The notes: generated by a model from the letters alone, not told the origin. DNA of 64,000 nt from Pelomyxa schiedti (GCA_020536535.1 JAHLWZ010000518.1:123364-187363); one strand, 5' to 3'. Positions 38,613 through 52,206 are shown, counted from the stretch's first letter. Program-made: numbers and translations.

Positions 38613-40634
38613 TTAGGTTCTGCTCTTTGGTGGCAGTGTCTTGATGCCCATCATTTCGGCCGTCTTGTTAGCAACAAACAACTGGGAAAAACAGCAGAAG
38701 TGAGTAAGGGACAGAGAACAAGTTGGGTAGTAGTGATACTTGAGCAAATGGGCTGTCCTCCATTTCACCAGATATGAGACTGTTGGGATTCTGGGACAGC
38801 GCCCTGATGAGCTGTGGTTTTACATCAGTTGAGGTTGAGGTTAAATTTATGAAAAAAGGTCCATACATCCAGTCGGCGTTGCTCGATTTCAAATTCACGC
38901 TTGGCGGCAAGCTTGAGGGCAGCGTACTTTTCTGCCTCTGCTTGTATCTGGGGAAAAAGAAGTTAAATTAAAGAGAAAATGTGCGTTTCTGTATGGAAAG
39001 GGTTGGGTCAGCTATTAACCTCGAAGATTCTTTTGTTTATTTCAGCCACTTTGAGATTAGTTTCAGTTCTAATCCTTGTTTGGTATCTTTCACCCTCGGC
39101 TCTTACTTTCTGGGCAGCCACCTCTTTTAGGGGGTTAGCACTGGAAAATATAAGAGAAGGGACACTGACTAGCACTGCCGTGAATCTCGGTTACGAGTCG
39201 ATCCCTCTAATTAGTGGTAAGACACATATGATAAATTCGAAGAGGTGGATACCTCAGCATTAATACGCCCAACTTCGAGGTTGCCTTCAGCCCTACATTC
39301 CATCAACAACATCCTATAAATATTATCTGGCTTACACAATTTGAGCAGAGTGATCATTGAGCTGAGCTTGAATAGCCTCCAATTCCTTGTCCAGCTTGCT
39401 TTGTAGCTCCTCAATGTCATGCTCAACCTGCACCATAATTGGCATGAAATTTGTATGTGGGATCATCTTACAGTTTTATGGGTCTTGCGGGAAGTCTCAA
39501 TGGCACGTTCGACTTCATTTTTCCTATTTTGTTCGATTCGCTTAAGATGCTGGCCGTCATTCAGTACCTATTTCGGGAAAAAGAAGAAAAAAAAAGGTCA
39601 CCTAAAAAAGGCTGGCAAGTGGGTTACCTTCATTTGAAGCTCCTGTTTTTTCACTTGTTGGTTTTGTTTGGCATCAAATGTAGTTGTGTTCTGCATATTC
39701 AGAGCAACGTCGTTTGGCAAGGACACATTTGCAATAGTCACTTGGTCGATGGTTATACCATATTCGTTCATCTTGAAGAAATTACACTCGGTATAGGGAA
39801 TCATTCTACCTTGTCATTCAATGCAGTCAACATGTCCTCGGAATCAGTTCCACGCAAATCGTAAGCTTCGCTCGAGTGAACAGATCGCACAAGACTACGT
39901 ACAGCCTCAGCTTGAGTGGCACGTAAGAGGTTCTGTATAATGTTGAATTGTAAATTCTTTTGTTTTGAAACACACTTCCATATTTTCAGGACCAATTTGA
40001 TACACAAACTCTGGAAAGAATGAGACAATCGGAATGAAGGTTTTGGTTACTCACTGACTGAGTTTGTCACATGAAACAAGAAATCTACTTCCACATTGAT
40101 GTGGATATTGTCACGTGTAGGACAACTCTTGATGGCAAAGTGATAGGGAATATCTATTTTGTTAATTAGGGAACATAACTCGACCGTCAAACACTCACGT
40201 TGTGTCTTGACAAGATTGGCAACTTGGAAGAAAGCCGACCTATAGTACCTGTGGAACAATATTAGACATTATAGAATTACTGAAAAGAATTGCCAACTTA
40301 CAAGCCAGGTTTGAATACTCCTAGCACCTTTCCGTTCTCGGTTACAATGCTATCAAATCCATGTGGACTACGTGTATTCCATCAATACAAAATAAAACTA
40401 AGAAGAAGAACAACAACAATAACAAAAAAAAAAAAAAAAACAACACACGCACATGACCATGCGGAATCCACTGCGAGGGCTCGGCTTGAGAATTATGGGA
40501 GTGTTGTTAGAGTCAGTCTTCATCCCAAAAATCCTGTGCGCGTCCAGGATGTTGTCTATTGGCAACACGACCAAGTTAGTCTCGGGCCTCTCCCTCAGTC
40601 CCGAAGCCCCAGTGTACACAGATTTCTTAGGCAT
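38613..40634 (-). CDS. SPFH/band-7 (prohibitin-homology) domain protein with coiled-coil tail
   Basis: PYHFAIKSCPTRDNIHINVEVDFLFHV; LLRATQAEAVRSLVRS; YGITIDQVTIANVSLP; followed by an AE-rich coiled coil (IQAEAEKYAA). Confidence 0.85.
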
Positions 40635-40850
40635 TCGTTTTTTTTGTTTCTTATTCGCTTTGCCGCCCGGGGGTCGTTGCCTGCTGATGGTGGTTTTTTT
40701 TTTTTTTTTTCTTTTTCGCTCTCCTTGAGGGTTGCCTTTCTTTCTTTATTTTTTTTTTGTAGGTTTGAAATCGAAACCGCGAAACGCAATTAAGAGGAAA
40801 ATCCAAAAATCCACAAGTTTCGGTTGCTGTTGTGGTTCTAGCGAGGGGTT

Positions 40851-42128
40851 CTAGAGAAAGAACTTCATTCTGGAGAGGGCTTCTGATTCGAACTCAGTTC
40901 GACGCTGAGCCACAGCGTCCGGTGATGTGTCAGTTGACCAGTCAGCTTCCCCTTCCCCTTCTGTGGAAGATATGGAATCACCATTGGTTGTGGTTGTTGT
41001 GCTGCTGGTGGTGCTGGCGTTGTTGATGTGTGTTACCAGTGCTGCCGATTGTTCTACTAGTGAATCATACTCGTCGTCCGCATCGCTGTCAATGTCACCA
41101 CGTGAGTTGTTGTGTTTGTTGGTTCCTGGTGGCACCAGTGTAGAGACGATATCAAACAGGTCCGGCTTGGATTCCGCGCTTGTTGCGGTGGAGGTGGATA
41201 AAGTGGAATCAGTGAGGGGTAATAGGGCAGCGGGGGCTCCCGAAATTACAGTAAAGGTGCAAGCGGGGCAAACGGCCTTGAGATGAATCCCAAATATCGT
41301 TTCAACTGTGGTGAGGGTTGAAGCCTGGAGCATGAAATAAGTTTCCAGGCAGGTTACATCCCATCCTTACACATTTCAGGCATTTATAGTAGTGAGATGT
41401 GAACTGCTCCACATTTTGTCTCCGATCATCTAGCATTAAAGAATTGTAGTCTTTCAAAATTGCCAAGAAGGCTGATAAAAACGTTAAGAAGAGGACTCAG
41501 TTGAATTAACTAAATAACCAGGGTTTGGCTCAATCTGTTAAAACGTTAAGATATGTGACCATTTAGGAATTAGAACCTCTGGTCTGCATCTTTGAACAAA
41601 AGCCATTGCATCATGAAATGAATATAACAATTTTCCAATGAAGTAAGCAATAACCACTGTTGGTGAGCGGGAAATTCCAGCTGCACTTCACCTTTGTTAA
41701 GAGGGGTAGATAGAGAGCTACATAGTAGCAATGCTACCAATGAACTAAAACGCATCCATCCAAGCGAGTGACCGCTTCATCAATAAACTCATTGCACTCG
41801 GGGAATTTTTTCCGCAGTGTAGGTGCTCCAAAGAGTGAGTCAAGCACAGGAACGACCATGTATACTATCTAATACAAGTTATAGCAAACTTCCCCACATT
41901 CGCGTAGCCCCGTCGAAACCTACATTTGGTATACGTCTTATAGGTGGATCCGCCATCACTGACAAAACGTGTGTCACCTGCCAAACATCACAAAAAAAAA
42001 ACAAAAAAAAAAGGGTGAAGTGGCAAGACCTTGTAACGAGATAATATTTGCGTGCTGTTGGCATCGTCAACGCACCCCAACAGCAATTTACCTTCGAGAA
42101 TCACGCTAACCGGTGGGTCGCTCCACAT
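40851..42128 (-). CDS. Dual-specificity protein phosphatase with C-terminal CxxC..CxxC motif and acidic tail
   Basis: Spliced MWSDPPVSVILEGKLLLG..VTHVLSV..FPECNEFID..VLVHC|AAGISRSPTVVIAY..RPE|IEPNP; then YKCLKC..VCPAC. The ORF track misses it because the exons are short. Confidence 0.82.
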
Positions 42129-42251
42129 TTTGTTGGTTAATTAATAAAATTTAATCCACGAAAAAAGCAAGTTGGGGTTGGCGTAAAGATTCTCATTAGA
42201 AAACGAGGTGTTGGTTCGAAGCAAAACTTGGAAGAACTTTGGCAAGCTGTT

Positions 42252-43316
42252 TTATAGCTTCCCTTTGTACTGGTTGATGAACTGTGAGAATGAACGTTAT
42301 TTGGTGGAATGGTGATGTGAGAACGATGAACCTTTGCAAGCAGCATTGGTTGATCTTTGGCCACACTGTTAACAACTGCAGTTGGAATCCACCCTTTAGG
42401 ATCCAACTGAGCAAAGTAATTGATGTGCATTCCGCCGGATGGCTCTATAAACAACCTTAGCAAAAAAAAAAAAAAGACATATCACATGCCTGGTTCAATG
42501 ATGTACCCAGAAATCATTAAATCGCCGCGCACTATGCAGTTTTAGAATTTGGGTTTAAGGTTGGAAGGGTGTATACCATACGGTTTCTTCTCAGGGATTT
42601 CAGGTAGATCAACAGATTGGGATACCACAATGCCGGAGTTTGACTGGATACGCAACGGTTATAAATAAAAATGGAGGAAGTAAAATAAACATACAGCAGC
42701 ATCAAAAGTGGAAATTGAAAGAAAAACGAAATCACGTGCAGAGACCATCATGCTTGGGGACTTGAAGCAAGCATGGCCCAAAGTAAGCTTATTGCCTTGA
42801 AATACATCAATCCAAGAGGGAGAAAAAAGAAAAGGTAAACCCACCACAACACTTAATTGCAAGTAATAATAAGGTATGGGAACCAACCTTGGTCATCGTC
42901 TCGCAGTTTCCTAATAACAACTCCACTTATGCACATGTCATCGTACTGAGGCCTTTTGGGAGCGTCGGCCAGAGCCTTTATGATAGCGAGGGCGCTTGTT
43001 CCTGGGAAAACGGCTTCGCCTCTTACAAATGGAATAGGCGATGATGGGTCGTCGTGCCTGTAGACAGTGACACCTTGGTTTGCAACAATCTACTCCAGCC
43101 AACAAAGGCCACATATCCTGTAAGCACAGAGGAACAAAAAGAAACCAAGCAAGAAAAACAACAAGAAAAAATAAAAAAAATAGAAAAACCCCAGAAACAG
43201 CACTCAAAAGGAAAAAAAAAACACACTTTGCTCCAAGACAAAGACATAGCAGCTTTTATCCTCTCTACCATCGCCGCACCCTTCGCCTCGTAATCTTCCG
43301 CTCCTGTGGTGGCCAT
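42252..43316 (-). CDS. START lipid-binding domain protein
   Basis: QGVTVYRHD..FVRGEAVF..RPQYDDM; FKSPSMMVSARDFVFL; INYFAQLDPKGWIPTAVVNSVAKDQP. Confidence 0.9.
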
Positions 43317-43573
43317 TGCTTTGATCTATGGGATGAAACAAAAAAAGTGCAAGATCACACTTCATGGAAACGATCAGACAAGAAAGCAATGAACACTCAT
43401 TCATCCTTGTGCCATGGCCCGAGATTCCCATTCATCGAGAACGTCTGGAGGAACGAAGACGTCCACACAATCCACTGTGTTGTAGTGTTTGAAAAGACAA
43501 GATTTGATCTTCAAAAACCTTCGCTGATCGGGAGGATTAAACATCTAAACAAATCCAAATCCGAACAGGCGAA

Positions 43574-46453
43574 ATGTCCGTTGGCGTGGTGGTTGTGTTG
43601 TTAGCTCTGCTGCTAGCAGCTGTGAGCCCAGCATCGGGCGACCTCATCCCGGTCGTGAACAGCACCTACACGTTCACCTTCTCGCAGAGCCTCGCGTCCC
43701 TGCCCTTCTGCGTGTGGACGGCGCCCTCGACCTTCCGCGTGCGCTCCACGGACTCGGCCTGCCCCTCGGCGCGCGGCACCTCCCTGCAGGCCTCGTGCGC
43801 CCGCAACGAGTTCGAGTCGTTCCAGCTGGTCCTGGCCCCGACCTCGGCCGCCTCCAGCGCCTCGGTCGCCGTCTCGGCCTTCTCGCCGGCCCTGGGCTCC
43901 GCGTCCTCGCTCGAGATCGCGGCGGCGTCCTTCTCGGCCGTGAGCCCGTGGGGCCAGGGCAGCTACCTCGCGACCGACTACACGGACCCCGTGGCCAACG
44001 GCGGCACCTTCTCGCTGTCGGCCTCGCGCCCCACGGTGCTCTGGTTCACGCTCTACGTCGCCGACGCGGCCGACTCCCCGCGGGGCTCGGTCTCCGCCTC
44101 CATCACGATCGACGCGGGCTCGGCCGGCAGCGCCGTCCTGGGCCTCAGCCTCTACGTCTACGACTTTGCGCTCGAAACAACTCCTCATTTCGACACTTTC
44201 ATGATGTCACAGCCAAGTATGCTTTTTACGTGAATGCGCAAATTTCATGGCAATTGTTCATGATCGTAAACAAAATAGACACAAACTAACTATTGTTCAT
44301 TAAGCAATAACTGTGTATGAACTGGACCAACTGGACACCTGGAAGAAGGTGTACCTTGAGCACAGAATGAGTTCTACATACCCGGCGTGGCCTGATGGTT
44401 TCAACTTCGGAGTGGGATGGGACTGTGACACAGAGACACTTATTGATGCAGATAGCCCTCCTTCGACTACAACCTGCATATGGGCCAACGGGTGTCTGGT
44501 AAGGAGATATGTGATGGGAAAAGGTGGTGAATGGAATGGTGAGACGTATGATGACTGGATGGACCGTGGCTTCTCGTCGTACTGTGCAGTGAGTACTGAT
44601 AGTTCCAGACCAGATCCGTTCTGTGGGGTGTCATGTGACACCCCAAGGTCAAAGAACGACTACTCTGGTTGGATGTGCTCAGACGCCTACGAGGCCAAGT
44701 GGGGAAAATACTTAAAGGCACTAGAAGATTACATGACTTCACATGGCCTTTATGATGACAACCCAGCAAAGGGATACTGGTATACACAAAACGAACCGCA
44801 AAATCAGTGAGCATTCAACTACTTTTACTAGGGACTTTTTTGTTTGACATACCTTTTTACTTTTACTTATTCTTTTGCAGACACGACTATGATATTTCGG
44901 CGTATTTATGTCTGCAGTCCCGCATATATGCTCCTCAATTAAAAGTGATGCTTAGTAGAGAGGCCAGACCTGAAATTGCTGAACTTCCCGAATACGGTAA
45001 CTGTGGTTACGACATTTGGATGGCGCATGTGTGGCGGTAAGTCCTGTACAATCCAGTTGGTGGTAGTTAATTTAGAAAGATTTACTACAGCATATACATG
45101 GCTGAGACAGGCCAATGGGGAAATCAGTTGGTATTATTCACTGGACACAGATAATATTTGTGCATACCCTGGTGTGTGCAACACTGCCCTGGCTCCTGCG
45201 GTCAGCCAGACTGGAAATAATGGGGCAATGAACCCAGTTGCACTCAACGATGGTCCGCATTACAGATTGATACCGTGGGTGGCCTGGGCCAATAGAATTA
45301 CCGGGTATTTATTCTGAAGTAACAGGTGTGCCTATATCTAAATACTGCAAAGGTGGGGATACTACCACGATGACATTTTCTGGGATACAAGACAACCATC
45401 ACCAACACCATCCCGTCCACGTGTTAGTGCCTCTCTGCTCCGTGAGGGGCTTGAGGATTACGAGTATCTCTACATAGCTAACAATAGAAAGCGACCCGAT
45501 CCATACACGCAAGTTGATGTGGATGACACTGTACTCAGTGCAGCTTTTGCTTTAGGCGTTTGGAAAAACCACCCGGAGAAAATTCATGAACTAAGGCACC
45601 AGCTTGGATTGCTCATTGAGGGAACAAGAGATGACTTCCCGTACACTGAGATATCACCTTCTCGGCCATTTGGGGACTACTACATCGACTTTGGTTGTGA
45701 ATCTGACTCCATCTCGTTTGGGGGGGTGGAGTGGATGGGAATTGGATGGGAGCAATATGACATAACACAAGGATATGGCTGGAACTCCCAGTACATGGGT
45801 GTTCCGAATACAATTCAGACTGGGCATCCCATTTTAAGGTGCATTGACAGTGGTGGTGGAAATGCAGTAGAGCGTACCATCTGTTATGATGACTACAATC
45901 ACCCTGATGAATTTCATTTCCAACTTCAGCCAGGAACTTATTCTGTGACTGTTGGGATTGGGTGGCCTGGTTCTTGCCGTGGGGATACAGAATATGTAAG
46001 TATAAACAATGTGGAACTACGAAACTACCTGTGTAGCAGTGACGACTGCTGTGGAGTAAGAAACTACACCCAAGAAGTATGTCTCTGGTCTTTCCACACA
46101 TAATAGTAAAACTCAAAAAGGTTGGAGTCTGGACACATGCCAACGGTGGTGACCTTGTAATGACATTTGGAAATAACCTTGGCTACACCATCCTGAGCTA
46201 CCTGGTGATCATTGGAGTATCTGATGAAGAGCCGGAAGTTCCAGGAATTCCAGAATTCTTCTATCCCGGTGGTGGAGACGGCCTCAGCGGGGGTGCCGTG
46301 GCTGCCCTTGTGATATTCCTGGTTGTGATTCCTGTGTGTGCCGGTGGTGCAATATCAGGCTGGGTTCTTTGGCGTAAACACAAACAGCAACCTGTAATAC
46401 CTGAAAAGGTCACCGAGGCATTTGGCAAACTCAAGGCCAAGGTCAAATCATAA
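43574..46453 (+). CDS. Secreted/type-I membrane GH123-like (DUF4091) glycoside hydrolase
   Basis: Signal peptide; ARNEFESFQLVL; YWYTQNEP; LIPWVAWANRITGYL; LLREGLEDYEYL (DUF4091); C-terminal TM helix (AVAALVIFLVVIPVCAGG) followed by WRKHK. Confidence 0.78.
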
Positions 46454-46731
46454 TTCCCTCACCACATTCTGGCTTTGCAAGGGAAAGTAACCATAGAAAT
46501 GAGTGTTTTCTTTTTTTTTTGAGAGGTCAGGAACTGTGACCACTGAGCAAAAACTGAGGCAAGGGTATTCCAAGGCGTTTCAGAGAGATTCCACTCCAAA
46601 ACCACCTCACAGGGTGTGTTTAGAGAGAGAATTCAATCATTCTCCTTCGTAAATACTCAAGCAGGAAAAAGATCGCCCAACCGTCAACGACGAAAAAAAA
46701 TAAAAAAACAAAGGCACTCAGGTGAGATCCG

Positions 46732-48496
46732 ATGCACAAGGCTAACAAGCATAACAAGGACGCACCCGGTGGTGGTGATAGCGGTGAGGGTGGACTGTAT
46801 AAACAATGTGTGGTACAGTGTGACACAGATCCGTCGCCAACTGCCGGTGCCCCTGGTGACGTAATATCGATACCTCCTTTCCACTACTGCTACATTATGG
46901 ACACGAACAAGAACGTGACGGTAGAGTAGCCTTTTTTTTGCCTTCTATTCGCGTGTTTATGGGTTTTTTGCAGAGAATTGAGGTGGGCCCTCAGAGGTTT
47001 ACTTGCCAAGAACACGAAAAAGTTGTTCTTGGATTGACTAAGATGCTTGTCATACCACCAATGCACTACGCTATCATTGAGAATCCTGTAATGCGGGCTT
47101 CTCCCAGCAAGGATTCAGAAAGTGAATTCGATGTATACAGTGGTGAAGTACTTGTGGACTCTTTTGGACAGGCCAAATTGAGACACGGTGACTTTGAAAC
47201 CCGTTTCCATTACCCAGAGCCATTCCCACTGTGCGCCTCTAATACAATTTATTGTTAATGACAATCATTTCCTTTGTAGGTTCCCTGGAGAAATTCTTGT
47301 TAATAAAGTTCTTCCACTCAAAGTTGTTTCAGCAAGCCACGCTCTGAGGTTGCGAGCCACTCGCGATTTTGTGGACAGATTTGCACGTGATGCTCGCAAT
47401 TCCCCCATTAAACGGATTGCTGGTGAAGAGTGGCTATTTAGGGGTCCCGCCACATACCTCCCACAGGTCTCTCCTTCTCTTACTGACCTTTAGTGCTAAA
47501 ATTATCAAGGTAGAAGTTGAAGTTGTAGAAACAGTCAAAGCTATAGTATTACTGCCTGATCAAGCAGTAATGCTTCGCGCTCGCAGAAATTGCGTTGATC
47601 AGTTCCACAAAAAATCAAGGAAAACAGGTGAAATGTGGTTAGTTCGCACTGAAGGCGCTTATTTACCGGTAATGAGTACGAGATTTCCACTCACCTAATG
47701 TTTATTTCAAAGGATGTGGATGAAGAACTAGTCAAGGTAGTTGACAGTGTTGTTCTCTCCCCGAGAGTAGCACTTCATCTTCGTGCAGCTCGTACGTTCA
47801 CTGATACATATGGTGTTCTACGGAAAGCAGGAGAAGAGTGGTTGGTTACATCCGAAACTGCAGAAAAGCATCTTCCCGATGTTCATGAAGTTGGTACTTT
47901 TCTATTGTTATTAATAAGCGTATTTATCCGATTGAAAAGTTGTCCAAATGGCTGCCCTTACTGTTCTGACTGCAAGGGAGTACTGCGTTATCCTTGACCC
48001 ATGGTCTGAGACTGAGAAGCGCCCACTCCTAGGAACAAAGAAGGTTCTTTTTTTAATGCCTTACCTTGGTTTCTCAGGCATCTCTAGGTAGTAGCGGGGC
48101 CAAAAACCTTCTTCCTTCAGCCCTTTGAACGACTGGAGAACGGCATTGAGGTTTTCCTTCTGCACTCTCATTATTATTTAAAATAAAATACAGGCACTCT
48201 ACCTTCTTGAAGCAGGACAAGCTCTGCTGGTGAGAGCGAAAGAGCGATTCACTGATGACCAAAACTGCCTACGAGACCCTGGTTGCAGCTGGATGGTTCA
48301 TGGACCTCAGTCGTGCGTTCATTTCCTCCATCCCCAGACGTTCCCGTAATGCTTTTCTTACCGTAATCACATTCCCAGGTATGTACCTCCCCCGCAAGTG
48401 GAAGTCCGCTCATGCCACCGTTCACTTGTGAATATCGATGCCCTCGGTTTGCACATGTTATTCTTGGCGTCATGCCCAGTGAAGAGGGCACGATAA
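46732..48496 (+). CDS. MVP: Major-vault-protein-like protein with N-terminal vault repeats only
   Basis: IPPFHYCYIMDTNKNVT; GQAKLRHGD; PFPL.PGE; GEEWLFRGPATYLPQ; GEEWLVT; EYCVILDP; FFLQPFE; WMVHGP..YVPP. It then ends ..NIDALGLHMLF..AR-TAA with no shoulder or cap region. Confidence 0.85.
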
Positions 48497-48689
48497 ATCC
48501 ACAAGGAAAAATAGGGAAAAAAGCTTGTGTTTTTTTTGATGGAACTAAAAAATGTGGTGGTTTGGGATAATTTTGCATGTGGAGCGATGGAAAAATTAGT
48601 GTGGACAATAGCAGGAACCAAGCCAATTGAACCCTTTCCGGGAAGGCAAGAAAGAGGCCTCTGGGGATTAATAACCTGCCTAGGGGATT

Positions 48690-50269
48690 TTAGTGTCGAG
48701 GGAAGGAAGGGTCACTTACAAAATACATCATTGCCCAAACCTGGGAATCTGGTGAGTATTTGAAGCTAATGGGTGGAGTGGGAGTTACCACACCAAAGCT
48801 GATAATTATTGTACTGCTCACCACAAGTCCCGGGAGGTCAGTGGGGTGTCCATACTGCAGGGAAAAAACTGGATTGTTTGTTTAAGTTTAGTGGGGTTGT
48901 GGAATTTTGATGTTATACCTGCACCAACAAGTGGGGATGGCATTACAAATGCAACTAGTAAGACCAATCTAACGAGCCTGTCCAGGCCGGGTGACACTAC
49001 AGCAGATAACATAAACGCAGCTACACCTACAATTGATCCCAAGACGTACCGGAAGATAGAAGCCCTGAGAAGTGTAGCCCAGCAAGTTCGCAGAGCTTTG
49101 AAATCAAGACACATTCCCAGAACAAAAAAGGCAAGTGTCCCATTCGCTGAACTCAGTGTTGATAGTAGAAGCTCAATGAATGATGGAATCTTTACTCCAC
49201 TAAGGCCAACAACCATGCCAATAGGTGAAGCCCATAGTGGAGGATTTGAGGCAGTCCGTATGAGAATTGCAACCACTATGTGTATTCGAGGGTGCTGCAA
49301 GAGCCAAATAGAGACCTTTCTTTGAGTGCCAATAACGGCAGTTTTAATGGAACCAAACAGAGAACTCGGAAATGAAGCTGCAGGTTCAAAGTTTGCTGTG
49401 GAATGCTGAGTGACTTGACTTGCTGCGAGTTCATGGTCCCCAATTTCTTGGTGACCACTTGACATTCCAATATCCTCAATATCCCCTTTTTCCTGGTGGG
49501 AACTTGTCATTTCAATATCCCCATTTTCTTGATGCCCGTTGCTTTGTACCTCTGAAGAAGGGATCAATGAAGCGTGCTCGATTGCAACAGAAGCTGCAAG
49601 GGAGAGAATGAGGTTTTAAAATTAAAAGAAGACGTAACTGACATGTGGGTTTTGGGGCATACAAGTAGTATAGTGCGTGCACCAAGGTAAAGACGATTAT
49701 TCCATTGGGTAAATCCACAAAAGCAATGAGCATTAACCCTTCATCTCCATACAAACCCTGCATAATTGGGTAGAAGAATAGCCCTAGAAAACAGTGATTA
49801 GAATAATTTTTCCACCTGCACCACAGCATTTTTTTTATTTTAAAAAAGTCACCTCACCTAAATTTAATCCACTGCATGCAGATACAAAAGAAGCTCTCTG
49901 GCTCCTATCGCACACTCTCCTCCACTGAGAAAGGCCCAAAGACACACAAAAAGTAAAAGGCACGTATATTGCACTCGAAAGCATGAGCCAACCCGCCGAA
50001 GGGGGCAGCACACTCACACGCGCGAAAGTAAGAAACAAAACAGAGGGCAGTGTGGCATTGAAGAGGACTTTCGATAGAACTGCGTAGAGTGGCGGGCTGA
50101 GCTTGTAAATGCTGGAGTATAAGAAGAAGAAGAAGAAGAAGAAGCATAGGAGCAGTTCGAGTAAGTGTTAGACTTTCGAATCAAAGAGGTCTGCGGCTCA
50201 CGTTTTTATTAAAAACCCGGTGGCGGTAATTAAGACGCAGACGCCAAATTGTTCGTTGAGAGTGGGCAT
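48690..50269 (-). CDS. AEC (auxin efflux carrier / Mem_trans) family transporter
   Basis: MPTLNEQFGVCVLITATGFLIK; SKVLFNATLPS; QGLYGDEGL..VDLPN; NPPLWASPIG; LAFFVLGM; FVMPSP. A central cytosolic loop separates the two halves. Confidence 0.85.
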
Positions 50270-50665
50270 CGCAGTGGCCCTGGTCTTATTATGAGATCGT
50301 CACTAAAGAACGCCGTGGATCCGGAAACACGGCGATCTGTAAGTTCGTTGACATTTGATGGCCCTGTTTTTCCCATTCATGCCTTGGCCGGCACACTGTT
50401 AAGTCGGACTCGAGAAGCAGCTCTGGGCACTCTTGGCAGAGGACGACTCAGGACAGGGCCAGCCAAGCTCCCAAATGAGGTTTCTGTGCACCCCAAGACC
50501 GACAATTGCAAGAAGGAATTCCCCAAATAAAGTACGCTGTCTCCCCATCTCCTACGGAAATAAATAGGAAACTCGTATTATTTCACAACATAATTAAATA
50601 TTCCAGACAAACCAAACCCGCAATTAACAAGCACCCAACAAACCAACAAAAACAAACAATAAACA

Positions 50666-52017
50666 ATGAACGGCGACATTGAGACTCCTCCAGTGGTGGG
50701 AGAGCCAACAAACATCACCATCCATGGCCTTGAGAACCAGCAACTCATAAACAACGTCCACAGTGACCAAATGCCCAATGATGGTAGCACTCCTGGGATA
50801 CTCCCCACTTTGGCTGAATTGACTCCATTGGTGAAGACAAGGGGTCCGTTTTTGTACAACTTGATAGCCTCGGCGGGAATTCTGGCCCTATCATTCGTTG
50901 GTATGTTTGTGAGTTGTTATGCATTAGTACTATTTCACATTGAGTTATTAAATTGCATTATTTGTATTTACAAGGCTGACTGTATTGTTGTGCAGTTTGG
51001 TTCTGCGTTAGCATTGCAACCACTTGGTTCCCATGGTTCATAGGGCCAATGGCTCTGTGTGCTTTGAGCTTGAGTACTCATTTCTACTTGTTCATAAGAC
51101 CAAAGTAAGGCTAAATTCCTTATTAATTTTCGCAACTCAAAATTGCTTAGGGAGTGGTTCAACTGTCACATTGCATGGTTTGCAACACTAAATTGCTTGT
51201 TCCTGACCACGTGGCTTGCTTGCAATACCTATTCCGTTTTCCCTATTTATACCTTTGTGATTCTTGGATGTCTCTTGGGTATCCACAAGATCTTCATACT
51301 GTGCGCGGCCAATTTTCAGTTATTTTTCCATACTTACTTGAGTTTTTACAGGCATAGAGCAGAAAAGCGCTTGTTTGCACTTTATTGCCATTCCTGCGTT
51401 AGCATTGCCGTAAACATCTGTTTGTTCTTTTTGTACCTGGATACTAGAGACTCAACCCGATTCCCCTGGTTCGTATTCCCGATGATGTGCGGATCACTTG
51501 TTTTCCTGGCACACTACTCATGTAATCTCCCAAAATAACCCCTTCCTCTGAGTTCTAACTAAAATCAACTTTAGATCAATACAAGCTGGATTTCTTCACA
51601 ATTCACACCTATTTCTTTGTCTCCTGCCAGCTATGGCTCATTATAGTATGGGAGGTCTGCGGACCAACATGGCCATGGTTCTTCATTCCCCTCTTCCTGT
51701 GGAGCATACTGCTCGGTGTCCACTATTACAAGTTCTTGCCGAAAAAGTCAGCATCAACAGAAAGTATGGCTCCACGCCTGTAGCATGACCTATAATAATT
51801 TACATCACCAGACCCAGTCACAGTGGTTCCATCTCCTGCTCCATTTGGAAGTGTACCCGAGGGCAACATGCAATCATCAGTGTTCGCACCAATCCCAACC
51901 ACAACCAATGATATGCAGCAACCACCCTCAACCACCACAGTCCCTGTTATGGTTCTGCCAACAACAGGCACACAACAAATGCCACCACAATTATACCCCT
52001 CCAACCCATTCCTATAG
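50666..52017 (+). CDS. Multi-pass membrane protein with ~4 tandem 2TM-like repeats and Pro/Gln tail (copy 1)
   Basis: Repeats of the form H..F..N..L..W....PWF..P...W..LL..H: WFPWFIGP; CHIAWFATLNCL; HSCVSIAVNICL..FPWFVFP; HTYFFVSCQ..WPWFFIPLFLWSILLGVH. Confidence 0.6.
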
Positions 52018-52206
52018 ACCACCCAGCACCCAAACTCACATTCTAAATGTAACCCTATAAGAGGCGCATAAAACGACACTTTTGACACTCTTTAACCAAC
52101 TTGTTGTTGAGTGCCGTGTGTACACAACACCATCAAAACTGTGATTTCCCGGTTTGAAAAGTGATGGTGATGCACCGGCAGTTCTAATTTTTTGTGGCAC
52201 AGTGAC

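Noticed and set aside
43613-44289. Long overlapping ORFs in several frames (also 24406-24938 and 53823-54399)
   Set aside because: These are shadow ORFs caused by GC3-rich coding, which lacks off-frame stops.
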